From the IMG/VR virus record IMGVR_UViG_3300042556_001828, positions 9,373-73,372 of that record: DNA of 64,000 bases, one strand, 5' to 3'. The DNA is from a virus. Shown here piece after piece: positions 19,540 through 29,485 of the stretch. Within the stretch, counting starts at the first letter, position 1; each line of letters starts with the position of its first letter. A program made the translations under genes and the position numbers. The notes under the pieces were generated by a model that saw only the letters and a list, made by a program, of their open reading frames with translations, had not been told where the DNA came from and ran no database searches.

Positions 19540-22500
19540 CTACGTATTATCTTCCACAATATGCACTTGGGTGTCTACGCCTATTTCACCACGCTTGTAC
19601 GCCGCCATAGCGTCGCGCTTGGTGCGATATACGTGGGGTTTAGATTTGTGATTTGTTCGGCTAGACGCCACATACAACCCAGTTTGATAGTCTTTGTTCG
19701 GCACGTAATGCGCTTTAAACGAAGCCGCCGAGAACAGATTTTTGCTGGGCAGCATCTTGTGAATAGCTTCTTTGGCAGCGTCGTCAGTGCTGGGCACGTG
19801 ATACTGCATGGCGTCTCCGTCAAAGTCGGCGCCAAAACCCTTGGTAATCACAGGGTTTACTTCCATGACCTTGTTCTTGGTCAGGCGCGGATAAAACGCC
19901 ATCAGGCCGTAACGGTGCAACACGGGCGCGCGATTAATCACAATCGGCCGGCTGTTCATCTGGGTGTGCAGCTCTTCAAACGCAGCTTTGTTTTTGCCCT
20001 CAACAGCGTCTAGCGCCTGCATTCTGGGCATTCCTCGTCGCACCAACCCGCGCACCACGAACGGCTTGTAAATATCCCATGCCTTCTCTTCGGGCAGTGC
20101 CACCTGATCCATGTCCAGATCCGGGTTGGGCGTAATCACCGCCCGACCCACCAAGTCCACGGTGGAACTCAGCAGCTTGCGCTGAACCGTGCCGTACTTG
20201 GGCGAACTACCGAAAATCTTAGACAAGAAACCCTTAACGTTCCGCTCAACGTTTTTGGGCTGCTGCGGGTCGCCCAAACCGCTGACGGCTTTCACGGCGT
20301 CATACAGGCCCAGCCGCTCGTCGCCATAGCTATCAAAGGCGCCGGATGTTTCGCGCAACACGTGGTTGGCGTCGAGTAACTCTTTGTAAAGATAGTTCGC
20401 GTCGTCTACCAGCGGGAGTTTCTTAGAACCCATCGTCGTTACGGGCCTGAACAACGGCGGCAAGACAGCCACCTTACTCATCATCCAGTCTTTCGGGTGG
20501 ACGCCGGTAGCTTCTGCGCTCTTCAGGAAACCCAGCTTGCGGACAGCGGCGTCACGAATGGTCTTGCGACCTGATTTGATATCTTGGCGGGTCTGCTCAA
20601 TCGCTTTGGGAAGATTAATCTTGGCCAGCGCTGCTTGAATTGCCTCTGGGCCGGTCTTGTCGAACAGTGTGGCTTGGCCGGCAAGGACGCCACGGAATTG
20701 CTTCTCGGTAATACCCAACACACGGCGAATGGGGTCTTCCATGACGGGGTTAGGCATCGGCTCGTGTAATGTTATCTTTGACCACCGATTCCCGCCGTGG
20801 CCGCCCGTCATTGTTTCGTCAAACAGCCCGCCGGCTTTGGGCTTCATCAAGCCTTTCCAGTCGACCGTCTCGCTGTTCTTGATTTCACGATCACCGGCCA
20901 GCGAGTCCACATCCTTGTCCGTCATCGCCATAATGTGGGTCTTCGTGCCCTCGCGCACAGTGTTGATACCCGCGGCTTTAAGCTGATTGACGAACTTGTT
21001 GTACACGTGCGGCACCTTGGGCAGCGGTGGCGAATAGCCCGCCATGAACTGCGACCAGTATTCGGGGTTGGCTTGGCCGCGCACCATCTTGGCGTCGCGA
21101 ATGACTTGGCCGGCGCCGTGAGATAAGAGCGCACCCAGATCCAACATGCCGATGCGCTTGGCGCCTTCGCTACCGCCCTTGGCCGGCGTGCCTTCAGCGG
21201 TATAGCCACCGGTCGAGCGGCCTTGGCCCTTGGACTCAGCGGTGTGGTGCAGCTTCATGAAGAACCGATTGCCGGTCAGCACACCCGGAATATTCCGGCC
21301 CGTCTCAGGGTCCGTGACGTGCTCAGTGTCTGACAAACCGTGCTTCTCAAGTTCTTTCTGCGCAAAATCAATCAGGTCTTTGCTGTTATCAAAGTCGGGG
21401 ATCTTGTACGGCTGACCAGTTTTGGCCGCCACTTTGCCCAAGGCCGCCTCGACAACTTGAGCTGGATTCACGCGGCTAATCAAACCCAGCGGACTGACCA
21501 GCGCCTCGTAAGGATTCCCGTCTTTGTCGTGCGGCATCTGGTGGTCTGGGACGACTTCAGCAATCACGCCCTTGTCACCAAACCGGCCTGTGAGCTTGTC
21601 GCCCACTTCCATTTGAGACTTGTTCTTCACAACAACGCTGACGCCCTTGTCCGTGTGCTCGACGTCAGTCACGATGCCGGGCGAATGGTGGTCCCACGTT
21701 ACTGTCTCGTTGGCAAAGTTACCGCCGCGGCCACGATGGACTTTGCCATAGACAGCGTCGCGCTTCTTGGCCACGAGCACTAACGGATCGCCGTAGTTAA
21801 CTTCCATGCCCTTCTTGATGGCGCCCTTGTCGTCGAAGTTATCCAGCAGCTTTTTGTCATACTCGCCCGGGAACAGACTCACGAACGCCTTTTTGCCGAC
21901 GTGCGTGTTAGCGTCCCACTCGGCTTCGTGCTGATACATGTGCTCGCTGGTCAAGCGCTTGGCGGCAGACTGTGAGATCACAATAGCGTCTTCGTAGTTC
22001 TTGCCTCTAAACGGCAGATACGCCGTACGCAAGTTCATGCCCAGCGCCGCGGTGCCCTGCTTGTCTGTAAAGTTAGAGTGCGCCAGCAGCTGCCCCGGCT
22101 TGATAAAGTCTCCGGCCTGCACAGCGGGCGTCTGCGTCCAGAACGTTTTCCGGTTGAACGGCATGTCGTTATACAGATCTGTCACTTGCTTATTGCCGTC
22201 TTTGTCGCGCCACACAATACTGTCGGGCGTCACGGACTCGACACGGCCGGCCGACTGCGCCCTGACAGCGCCCAGCTTTTCTCCCATGACATCTTCATAA
22301 GAACTGCTTGGATTATGCGCCTGCCCAGACTGCACAAGCGGCGCCTCGGCATTCACGAGGGGCAGCGCCTGCGTAAACATGCGCGAACCCATGATCACAC
22401 GATGGCCCTTGATCATGGTCTTCATCGGCACCATGTTCGACAGGGCCGAGAACGTGTTATCCATGTTGGGCAGGCTGTATTGGGCCTGATCGCGCGGCAC

Positions 22501-24984
22501 GTACTTAATCTTGCCGCCGACTAGTGCCGACACCATCGGCAGGTCATGCTTGTCCTCGCCGGGAAACACCAGCGGAATGTCAGCCAGCTCCTGCGGGGTT
22601 TTATACGTGGTCTGGCCTGTCTTGGTGTCGACCACGGGCGTATAAATCTTGCCGTCTTGGCCCTTCATTGCGCCGCCGGCAAAGCGCATGTCAACACCGA
22701 CCTTGCCGCTGTTACCGCACCAAAAACCGCAATTGCCGTGCCGCCGAACGTACAACAAACCGCCCGGTACCGTGGCGCAGTACACCATGCCGGAATACTG
22801 CTGTGTGAAATAGTGACAACGCCCGTCTCGTGCCGCCCGCGGTAAAACCTGATGGCTATTTTGTTTATGCACATGCACAATCCAGCAGCCACCTGTCGAT
22901 GAGTGCGGCCGACTGTCTTTTTCAAACACAGTGCGCGACGAATACCCGAGCCCAAACGCTAACCGCTCAAAATCGCGAGCAAGTTGCTGACTTGATGTGC
23001 AAAAACATGTGCGCTCGCCCTGTTTGTTTTTGCGGCCCTCGCTTTTCATCAGCGCGTCAAACAACCGAAAACGGGCATTACTGGGCGCGCGAAAAAAAAC
23101 GTCGGGAATCCAGCGCTTGGGGCTGCCGTTAAATTGCTTGAAATACGCAGCAACTTGTTTTGTGGCAATAGTAAACGCTTTGCCGTGATAACCCCACTTA
23201 AACGGCAATTTGTTTAAAAGCGCCCGAATTTGATCGCAATTTTCTGGGTTGTGTTTCTGGCACTGCGTTATTTTTACGTGATATTGCGCCGTATCCGGCC
23301 GATATACGCAATTGCCTTCACCTAAATACCAACCTAGTAATTCAGCCCAATCGGCAATATCGACTGCGTCAACTACGGCCCGATTATTGCTGGTGTACTC
23401 TGGTTGCGGCACAGCAAATGTAGTTACTGCGTCGCCTTCGTACGCATCAAAGCCGCCGGATAGAACGCCACGAAACTTTAAATGCATATGCGGCGCAAGC
23501 TCTATTCGATACGCGGCGCCGGCGTACAACGGTCGCGTATACATGCGATGATTTGGCGTAACCAGATAATTTATTTTACCTGTGTTGCCGCCGTACATTA
23601 TTCCGGCGTAATGCGCGGCGTGTAGTTTTTCTGCGACGTGGAATGACAACACACCGGCGGCGTTTAAGCAAGCAAACTCGTCAGCGTCTGTTACATCTGG
23701 CCATTTTTTCCACCCGCTACGCGTCATCACTTCAGTTTCAGCGTCATAACACTCCGGCGTGCGCAAGTAGTCAATAAAGCCCAGATGGCTTGGCTGGACG
23801 CTACGCGACTCAGCCGGTACCGAATCCAAGCTACCAATGCCGCCTTCGCCCAGTCGTGTCACGCGCGTTTGGTGATCAAAAATCTCAGCCGGGTTAATTT
23901 CTTCCAGACTTGAACCCAGCCCAGACCCGATCAGCGCGGCACTGATAGCTTTGTTAAATACGCCGCTGGGAATATGGTCTAGTGACTTCTTGGCCGTGGC
24001 TTTCCAGAGGAGCTGCCGCAGGTTCTTCTTGTCTTTCGTGAAGCGCTCGGCCAGCAGATCTTCAGGACCATGTACTGATTGAAAAGCCATGCTATCACGG
24101 TCGTCTGATTCGGCTTCTTTGCGATTGACCGCGATGAGCTTCTTGGTGATCGCCAGAATCGTGTCGGGCGTCATGTGCTTGTGCGACGTGCCAAGTGTGC
24201 GTCGGGTAACGTCTTCGTCTAGTTCGGTCTTGGCGAACTCCTCGTTAATAGCTTTGGCTTTTTCTTCAGCTGTGGCGCCCGCGATTGGTTTATTCACAAG
24301 CCGTTGATACAGCTTATCCAGCGTGCCCGCGTCGCCCTTCTCCATGTTGACAGCCGTGATCTCGTTGCCCCACGCCTGCCGCATGGCTTGCTCGGGCACG
24401 CCCATGTGGCGCAACAGGGGCATAAGCGGAATCTGCGCTTGGCCAATCTGGATCTTGAACACACCTGTTTGCGGGTCGAGATAATACCTATGTGAACGAC
24501 CTTTACCGGGAAGCGTATTGACGTGCGCTTCCAGCTCGCCGTTCTCTTTCTCGCGGGTAAACACGCCCGGGCGTAGGCGCATCTGGTGGGCCAACGTGTA
24601 CTCAACGCCCTTGTTCACAAACGTGCCGGAGTCTGTAAGATACGGCACATTGGCAATCGTGGCCCGGCGCTGCGCAACAGGCTGATTGGTTTTGTTATCA
24701 ATGAGCGTCCACGTGCCCTGCATCTTGCGCGCTAGCGAGCCGCGCGTCAGCACAGCTTTCTTCTGGTCAGCCTTCGCATACATCTCAGGGCCGGCGTAGC
24801 CCACATCTTGCAGGTGCAACGTGTACAGATCATTCTTGATCGGCTCGATACCCTGCGCGCTGGACAATGCCCGCTCAAAGATATTTTTACGCATCCCAGC
24901 CACGTCGCCGAATGCACGCGGCTGTAAGGGTTGCGGCGGCTGCGTAAGGGCAGGCAGGGGTGGTGCGGAAAAAGGCTCGGCCAT
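19540..24984 (-). CDS. rpoB: Phage RNA polymerase beta + beta'(N-terminal) fusion, intein-containing
   Basis: Beta motifs: RVTRLGEGG, NYEDAIVIS, GDKLTGRFGDKGV, MKLHH, KRIGMLD. Then beta' motifs: KPKAGGLFD, VDLVGRAVI, NRAPVLHR and catalytic GADFDGD at 19813-19833. Confidence 0.92.
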   Translation of the reverse strand: MAEPFSAPPLPALTQPPQPLQPRAFGDVAGMRKNIFERALSSAQGIEPIKNDLYTLHLQDVGYAGPEMYAKADQKKAVLTRGSLARKMQGTWTLIDNKTNQPVAQRRATIANVPYLTDSGTFVNKGVEYTLAHQMRLRPGVFTREKENGELEAHVNTLPGKGRSHRYYLDPQTGVFKIQIGQAQIPLMPLLRHMGVPEQAMRQAWGNEITAVNMEKGDAGTLDKLYQRLVNKPIAGATAEEKAKAINEEFAKTELDEDVTRRTLGTSHKHMTPDTILAITKKLIAVNRKEAESDDRDSMAFQSVHGPEDLLAERFTKDKKNLRQLLWKATAKKSLDHIPSGVFNKAISAALIGSGLGSSLEEINPAEIFDHQTRVTRLGEGGIGSLDSVPAESRSVQPSHLGFIDYLRTPECYDAETEVMTRSGWKKWPDVTDADEFACLNAAGVLSFHVAEKLHAAHYAGIMYGGNTGKINYLVTPNHRMYTRPLYAGAAYRIELAPHMHLKFRGVLSGGFDAYEGDAVTTFAVPQPEYTSNNRAVVDAVDIADWAELLGWYLGEGNCVYRPDTAQYHVKITQCQKHNPENCDQIRALLNKLPFKWGYHGKAFTIATKQVAAYFKQFNGSPKRWIPDVFFRAPSNARFRLFDALMKSEGRKNKQGERTCFCTSSQQLARDFERLAFGLGYSSRTVFEKDSRPHSSTGGCWIVHVHKQNSHQVLPRAARDGRCHYFTQQYSGMVYCATVPGGLLYVRRHGNCGFWCGNSGKVGVDMRFAGGAMKGQDGKIYTPVVDTKTGQTTYKTPQELADIPLVFPGEDKHDLPMVSALVGGKIKYVPRDQAQYSLPNMDNTFSALSNMVPMKTMIKGHRVIMGSRMFTQALPLVNAEAPLVQSGQAHNPSSSYEDVMGEKLGAVRAQSAGRVESVTPDSIVWRDKDGNKQVTDLYNDMPFNRKTFWTQTPAVQAGDFIKPGQLLAHSNFTDKQGTAALGMNLRTAYLPFRGKNYEDAIVISQSAAKRLTSEHMYQHEAEWDANTHVGKKAFVSLFPGEYDKKLLDNFDDKGAIKKGMEVNYGDPLVLVAKKRDAVYGKVHRGRGGNFANETVTWDHHSPGIVTDVEHTDKGVSVVVKNKSQMEVGDKLTGRFGDKGVIAEVVPDHQMPHDKDGNPYEALVSPLGLISRVNPAQVVEAALGKVAAKTGQPYKIPDFDNSKDLIDFAQKELEKHGLSDTEHVTDPETGRNIPGVLTGNRFFMKLHHTAESKGQGRSTGGYTAEGTPAKGGSEGAKRIGMLDLGALLSHGAGQVIRDAKMVRGQANPEYWSQFMAGYSPPLPKVPHVYNKFVNQLKAAGINTVREGTKTHIMAMTDKDVDSLAGDREIKNSETVDWKGLMKPKAGGLFDETMTGGHGGNRWSKITLHEPMPNPVMEDPIRRVLGITEKQFRGVLAGQATLFDKTGPEAIQAALAKINLPKAIEQTRQDIKSGRKTIRDAAVRKLGFLKSAEATGVHPKDWMMSKVAVLPPLFRPVTTMGSKKLPLVDDANYLYKELLDANHVLRETSGAFDSYGDERLGLYDAVKAVSGLGDPQQPKNVERNVKGFLSKIFGSSPKYGTVQRKLLSSTVDLVGRAVITPNPDLDMDQVALPEEKAWDIYKPFVVRGLVRRGMPRMQALDAVEGKNKAAFEELHTQMNSRPIVINRAPVLHRYGLMAFYPRLTKNKVMEVNPVITKGFGADFDGDAMQYHVPSTDDAAKEAIHKMLPSKNLFSAASFKAHYVPNKDYQTGLYVASSRTNHKSKPHVYRTKRDAMAAYKRGEIGVDTQVHIVEDNT
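22711..23751 (-). mobile_element. Intein (347 aa) with LAGLIDADG homing endonuclease in RNAP beta
   Basis: Starts CYDAETEVMTRSGWK after YLRTPE; block B VTPNHRM; endonuclease motifs LLGWYLGEG and LFDALMKSEG; ends VYCATVPGGLLYVRR...WCGN followed by Ser+1 (SGKVG). Confidence 0.9.
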
Positions 24985-24998
24985 GACTGTGCCCCGGT

Positions 24999-26267
24999 TT
25001 ACGTGGCTGCAGCGTTGTTAGCCAGAGCCATTTGTTTAACCTTTACCAGCTCTTCAGGGTCGATCCACGTACCGGGAAGCGACCGCATCCGCGCCTTCAG
25101 TGCTTGCGCCTTGAGCGCATTGGCGCTCAGCGAGTTATTACGCGTCTTGTTGTACATGTACGTCCCGCCAAGGGCTGCGCCAGTAAGTCCAGACAGCGCC
25201 GCTAACGCGCCGTAGTCTTCTCCAACGGTCTGAAGACGTCCCGGTAACTTCTGGCCGAAATCGGCGGCACCCTGCCCAAAATTCTTTATACCCTGCACAA
25301 TGTCAGCTAGCGACGCGTATTTTTCGTACGCTTCGTCAAGCGCCGCGGCTTTGACGCCGGTTAACGCGGCCAAATATTCGTTGCGCGCGTTTTCGATATC
25401 GTCTTTTTCGCTTTGGCGCTTTTGCCGTTTCGCCAGATATTGCGCAAGTAAATATGTGCCGCCCAAACCAGCGGCTACGCCGCCAATACCCATAGTTTTT
25501 TGCGCCACGCCTGCCCTCAGCCCGTCTGGATGCGGGGATGTCCAGTCGCCGAGATTTATAGCGCCCAAACCGGCGTTGACTTTGTCGCCGACATAATCGG
25601 TCGCTTTGCCGGCCGCGTCTTGAATAGTGCCCATAATGTCGCCCGCAGACGCAAACTTTGGCGGCCCGTATACGCTTTGGTGTTGCTGCCGCTTGCGCCG
25701 ACCAGACAGCAATTTATTTAACAGGTAGTATGTGCCTACGGCGCCCAGCCCAAGCCCGCCGGTTAACAGCAAGTTCTTGCCAAACGTGCTACCGGGCGAC
25801 GCTGCCGCGCCAGCAAATGGCGCACTGGCCGACGAAGCCGTAGTAGGCGGCGCTGCAACAGGCGGCGCCGAATCTGTTACGGCATTTATAGTTCCAGCGA
25901 TAGCTTTCACAGGCCCCGAGTTGGCGACAGCCTGTTGCGCTTCTGGAGATACCAGCCCTTTCGCAAACGCTGTGGCTTGATCGACCACAGCGCCAGTACG
26001 CGTTGTATCTACTGGTGGTTTGTATCCGGCTGGCGCCGTCGCGCTATCCAGCCGATTGCCGAGATACTTGCCGGCATCTAATGCAGCATTAGCCACAGCT
26101 TTAAACGGCGTTTCTGGGCGGAAGCCGTACATATTTTTGAAGCTGTTGCTGTACTCGCCCAGCATGCTCGGCTGGCCCAGCCTTTGCGCCTTAGCCACTG
26201 CGGGGAACACACCGCCGGCGTCGTCGCTGAAATCGTCCATTGCTGCTTTAGTCGTTTGTTCAGCCAT
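24999..26267 (-). CDS. Gly-zipper/hydrophobic-segment K-x-A protein (putative ejection/internal protein)
   Basis: Three GxxxG hydrophobic helices separated by TKAA, PKFA, VKAA, EKYA. Confidence 0.7.
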   Translation of the reverse strand: MAEQTTKAAMDDFSDDAGGVFPAVAKAQRLGQPSMLGEYSNSFKNMYGFRPETPFKAVANAALDAGKYLGNRLDSATAPAGYKPPVDTTRTGAVVDQATAFAKGLVSPEAQQAVANSGPVKAIAGTINAVTDSAPPVAAPPTTASSASAPFAGAAASPGSTFGKNLLLTGGLGLGAVGTYYLLNKLLSGRRKRQQHQSVYGPPKFASAGDIMGTIQDAAGKATDYVGDKVNAGLGAINLGDWTSPHPDGLRAGVAQKTMGIGGVAAGLGGTYLLAQYLAKRQKRQSEKDDIENARNEYLAALTGVKAAALDEAYEKYASLADIVQGIKNFGQGAADFGQKLPGRLQTVGEDYGALAALSGLTGAALGGTYMYNKTRNNSLSANALKAQALKARMRSLPGTWIDPEELVKVKQMALANNAAAT

Positions 26268-26271
26268 GATT

Positions 26272-26622
26272 TTACACCTTCGGCGGGAGCATGCCGTACA
26301 CCTGCGCCCATTCAAGCCATACGATAAAATGTTTGTGCTCTTCGTCCCAGTGGTTGTCGCGCTTTAACAGGCGGTACCAACCGTTCACTATCTTATCATT
26401 TACATCGTCAAAATCCGCCTTGTGCGCCGGATCCCACAATTCGAACATGCGCGACTTAAAGTCGTAACGCAGGTCGATATTGTCCAGTTCGTCCTGCTTT
26501 AAATCCTGTTTGGCAAACGGATTATTTAAAACAGGAAAACCGTCTGGGGTGCCGGGCCACTGAAGACGCGCATCTCCGTGCTGGGCTCCGCCCAGCTCGT
26601 CATGGTATTTACGCAGACTCAC
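26272..26622 (-). CDS. Hypothetical protein
   Basis: 116-aa ORF in a tight operon. Confidence 0.7.
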   Translation of the reverse strand: MSLRKYHDELGGAQHGDARLQWPGTPDGFPVLNNPFAKQDLKQDELDNIDLRYDFKSRMFELWDPAHKADFDDVNDKIVNGWYRLLKRDNHWDEEHKHFIVWLEWAQVYGMLPPKV

Positions 26623-26624
26623 AA

Positions 26625-26990
26625 TTACCTCGCGGGACGATACTGCAGTGCTTTCTTCCGTGAACGCAACCGATTCGCATAAGCGCGATATGTATTAGCC
26701 AATTCTTGCGCTTTGATCGTCTCGTCGTCGATTTTTGGGTCTGTAAGGTGCGCGGCGCCCGTGCCGATCAACCCGCCACCAATCAGCCCGGCTGCCACCG
26801 GCAAACCGAGCGCGAAGCCGGCACTTCCACCAGCTAAATTCGTGGCGCCGTTCCAGAGACTGGCAAGATCAGCCTGCTTAATTGACTCAATACGGCTGTC
26901 GAGGTCATCGCCGGTCAGCCCCTCTTCAGAGCAACGCGCCAAAAAGCCCATCTTGAACGCTGTTTTTTCGTCAACGTTGTTGAAATCCAT
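26625..26990 (-). CDS. Gly-zipper K-x-A protein
   Basis: Start MDFNN; EKTAFKMGFLARC, IKQA; glycine-zipper helix. Confidence 0.7.
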   Translation of the reverse strand: MDFNNVDEKTAFKMGFLARCSEEGLTGDDLDSRIESIKQADLASLWNGATNLAGGSAGFALGLPVAAGLIGGGLIGTGAAHLTDPKIDDETIKAQELANTYRAYANRLRSRKKALQYRPAR

Positions 26991-26991
26991 T

Positions 26992-27486
26992 TCAATAATC
27001 TCCGGGCAGAATAAGTTTCTTGGGTGGCGCGCCAACGGTAAAGTCAGGCGTGGCGTACCTGCCGGTGTCCTTACCAAGTGGTAAAGCGCCCGGCATTGCC
27101 GACTTAAAGTTAGCAGCGCTGGCCAAAGATATCTTACTCTTTCGACCCGGGCGATGTCTCATAAACCACGCGTCTACAGCGGGGTCATCCCGGTCGCCCT
27201 GCTCTTTGGCTTCCTTGGTGCAGGCGATCATGTTATCAATCGCGTTTTGTAAATCAGCGCGATCCGCCGCAAGCCATGCGGCTTTACTCGGGTTTTCCGC
27301 GGCAATATACCGCATCCGCTTGGCTTCTTCGCCAATAGCCTGCGCGCGCTGCAGAAACTCTTTCCGGGTCAGGACGAAAAATTCACCAGTCTCTTCGTCG
27401 TGCAGGCAAATAAACCCGTTTTTGGCATAAAACTTCAGACCCCGATAACTGTAGCACTTGCCGGAATTGTCTTGAATATCAGACAC
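26992..27486 (-). CDS. Hypothetical protein
   Basis: 164-aa ORF in the operon. Confidence 0.7.
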   Translation of the reverse strand: MSDIQDNSGKCYSYRGLKFYAKNGFICLHDEETGEFFVLTRKEFLQRAQAIGEEAKRMRYIAAENPSKAAWLAADRADLQNAIDNMIACTKEAKEQGDRDDPAVDAWFMRHRPGRKSKISLASAANFKSAMPGALPLGKDTGRYATPDFTVGAPPKKLILPGDY

Positions 27487-27495
27487 AAAACACCC

Positions 27496-27864
27496 TTATG
27501 TACGGGAAAGCGGACACTGGCCTGTCGGACAATTGCTGCTGCTTTTTACCGCCGGCAGCGGCTGCACCTGTAACTTCATTTTGGGCGATGTCCCGGGCGG
27601 CAGCGATTGCATTTGCTGCGTTTCCGCTTGGCACTTCGGGCACTTGGTCCAGCTAATTCCGTCGCCCGTCTTGACCTTGCCCGTGCCGTGGCATGTCGGG
27701 CAGTTTGGGTCAATCGGCTTTGCCGGCGCAGGCTTTACCGGCGTCGTGCCAGAAAGTAAAGCAGAGTAAGCAGCCTCTGCAGCGACCACACCGATATAGT
27801 CTTTTTGGGGCGGTGTGGCATTGGGCACCCACGGAGTCAAAAGAAGCATAAGCCATTCAAACAT
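27496..27864 (-). CDS. Exported/membrane protein with CxxCxGxG Zn finger and C-terminal NCPTGQCP
   Basis: Hydrophobic N-terminus; CPTCHGTG...CPKC. Confidence 0.7.
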   Translation of the reverse strand: MFEWLMLLLTPWVPNATPPQKDYIGVVAAEAAYSALLSGTTPVKPAPAKPIDPNCPTCHGTGKVKTGDGISWTKCPKCQAETQQMQSLPPGTSPKMKLQVQPLPAVKSSSNCPTGQCPLSRT

Positions 27865-27900
27865 GTGTTGTCCTTTTACGCTTTTTGCACCACGTTGCGC

Positions 27901-28926
27901 TCAGATGTTACCCTGCGCGCCATAATTCTTAAGCTTCTTCGGCGGCCAGCCGTTCACGCCAGAGATGGCAATCATATAACGGTTTTTGATATCTGCCCAG
28001 CGAGCCCAGAACGAACCCACCGGAATATCTACTGTCGTGCCAAAGATGCGCCGACTTCCGTCATTCCACGAACCCCAGCTGTTTTGGACCATCACGAGCG
28101 GGCCGTTATACAGCTTTTTAATTTCGTCGCGGTCGTCCACGGCCAGATAAGCGAGGGCGTGGGCCCACCCGCCCTGCCTATTACTCACGCCGTTTAAGTC
28201 ACGTGTCGACGAGAAGCCTTCTCCGCCGCAGCTGCTCACGCAGTACCCGTTAGCTAACAGATCACGCAGCGCTTCGTATTCTTCGACTTCTGTAACAGTT
28301 TGCACAAGATGGTTCTTACCAATCTCGCGCCACGACTCCGGGGGCGTTTTACCGCCATAAATCCCGGCATTGCGCGAGCTGTACTGCGTGAAGTCGACGT
28401 CGATTTCATCGTACTTTTTGCGCAACCACAGGCCGGAATCATTCAGCACTACTTGGGCGGCTTCAGCGCAGCTCCAGCCGTCCCCGCCGTGCCGGCGCCA
28501 ATTGTAAATCGCTTCCGTGCTGAGGACGCCGTTGAGTCGCGCAGTATCAGAAACTTCCGGGGCGCCTTCTAACTTATTGCTGTTCGGATCGGGCACGCCG
28601 CTGGTAATTTCGCAGCACATGGTGCCCAAGCAGGCGTTCCGCGTCGACCATGAAACACAATCGCCACGGCCCTGCGCGCCACCCGGCAACGACTCTGGAT
28701 AGAGCTTCAGGATCTCAAGAAACGGAAGGCTTAATTTGCCTTTGCCGGTTTCCTCAAGTTTATATGCCGAGCATGCCATGGCGCCGTCGGGGATACCACC
28801 AGCGGCTTGGATCTGATCGCGCAACGCTTCTGCAGCTTCGGGGCTGCTATATGCGCCCACGAAGCCCGTTTGATACGCTGCCACAACGTCATAGACGTTC
28901 TCAAAAAAATGCTCGTTGGCGGCCAT
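27901..28926 (-). CDS. Papain-like (C1) cysteine peptidase
   Basis: QGRGDCVSWS (oxyanion Gln and catalytic Cys), WAHALA (His), QNSWG (Asn). Confidence 0.85.
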   Translation of the reverse strand: MAANEHFFENVYDVVAAYQTGFVGAYSSPEAAEALRDQIQAAGGIPDGAMACSAYKLEETGKGKLSLPFLEILKLYPESLPGGAQGRGDCVSWSTRNACLGTMCCEITSGVPDPNSNKLEGAPEVSDTARLNGVLSTEAIYNWRRHGGDGWSCAEAAQVVLNDSGLWLRKKYDEIDVDFTQYSSRNAGIYGGKTPPESWREIGKNHLVQTVTEVEEYEALRDLLANGYCVSSCGGEGFSSTRDLNGVSNRQGGWAHALAYLAVDDRDEIKKLYNGPLVMVQNSWGSWNDGSRRIFGTTVDIPVGSFWARWADIKNRYMIAISGVNGWPPKKLKNYGAQGNI

Positions 28927-28947
28927 GGCATGTCTCCGGCATGTAGA

Positions 28948-29475
28948 TCAACCGTTCGTGGTATCAGTCTCAGGTGTGACGTCCTCAACAACCGGCGCGT
29001 CATCCACCACCTTCTCGCTAACCAGTGTCACGTTGAAACCACCGGGCTGCGCAGGGGCAAGCGTGTCGAGCGCAACGAACTCAACCGTCGCCGGCGCCGA
29101 CTTGTTACCGGAATCATCAACGTCGACCAAAGAAAGCACAACGAGCGAATCTTGCGGCACGTCCACAGAACCAAGGTCAGTTGCATTCCCGGCAGCCGTC
29201 ACCACCGATGACTCAACGCCGTTCACCGTCACGGTCAACTCACGCGACACGACGTCGCCGTCAACCGGGGCATTCACAGAAACACGATATGTCAGAACAT
29301 TCGCCATAGTCTCACCTCTTTGTAAAACGACTCTCAAACCTACCGGCACACTTACAAATATGTTTAAGCCGCGATAGAGCGCGGCGTACACGGCAAGCGC
29401 GATGTACACCAAATACCACAACAAAACCAGCGTATAACCTACTTTTGCTGCAAGAAGAATCACTGTATCAGCCAT
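28948..29475 (-). CDS. Fn3/Ig-like protein, possibly with N-terminal TM helix (alternative start 29307)
   Basis: Beta-rich with DVDDSGNKS; a strong RBS before MANVL at 29307; the upstream in-frame segment is hydrophobic. Confidence 0.55.
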   Translation of the reverse strand: MADTVILLAAKVGYTLVLLWYLVYIALAVYAALYRGLNIFVSVPVGLRVVLQRGETMANVLTYRVSVNAPVDGDVVSRELTVTVNGVESSVVTAAGNATDLGSVDVPQDSLVVLSLVDVDDSGNKSAPATVEFVALDTLAPAQPGGFNVTLVSEKVVDDAPVVEDVTPETDTTNG

Positions 29476-29485
29476 CTCAAAATTC

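Noticed and set aside
16777-24984. Bacterial chromosomal rpoBC operon
   Set aside because: No ribosomal protein genes; highly reduced and rearranged subunits; embedded among capsid genes.
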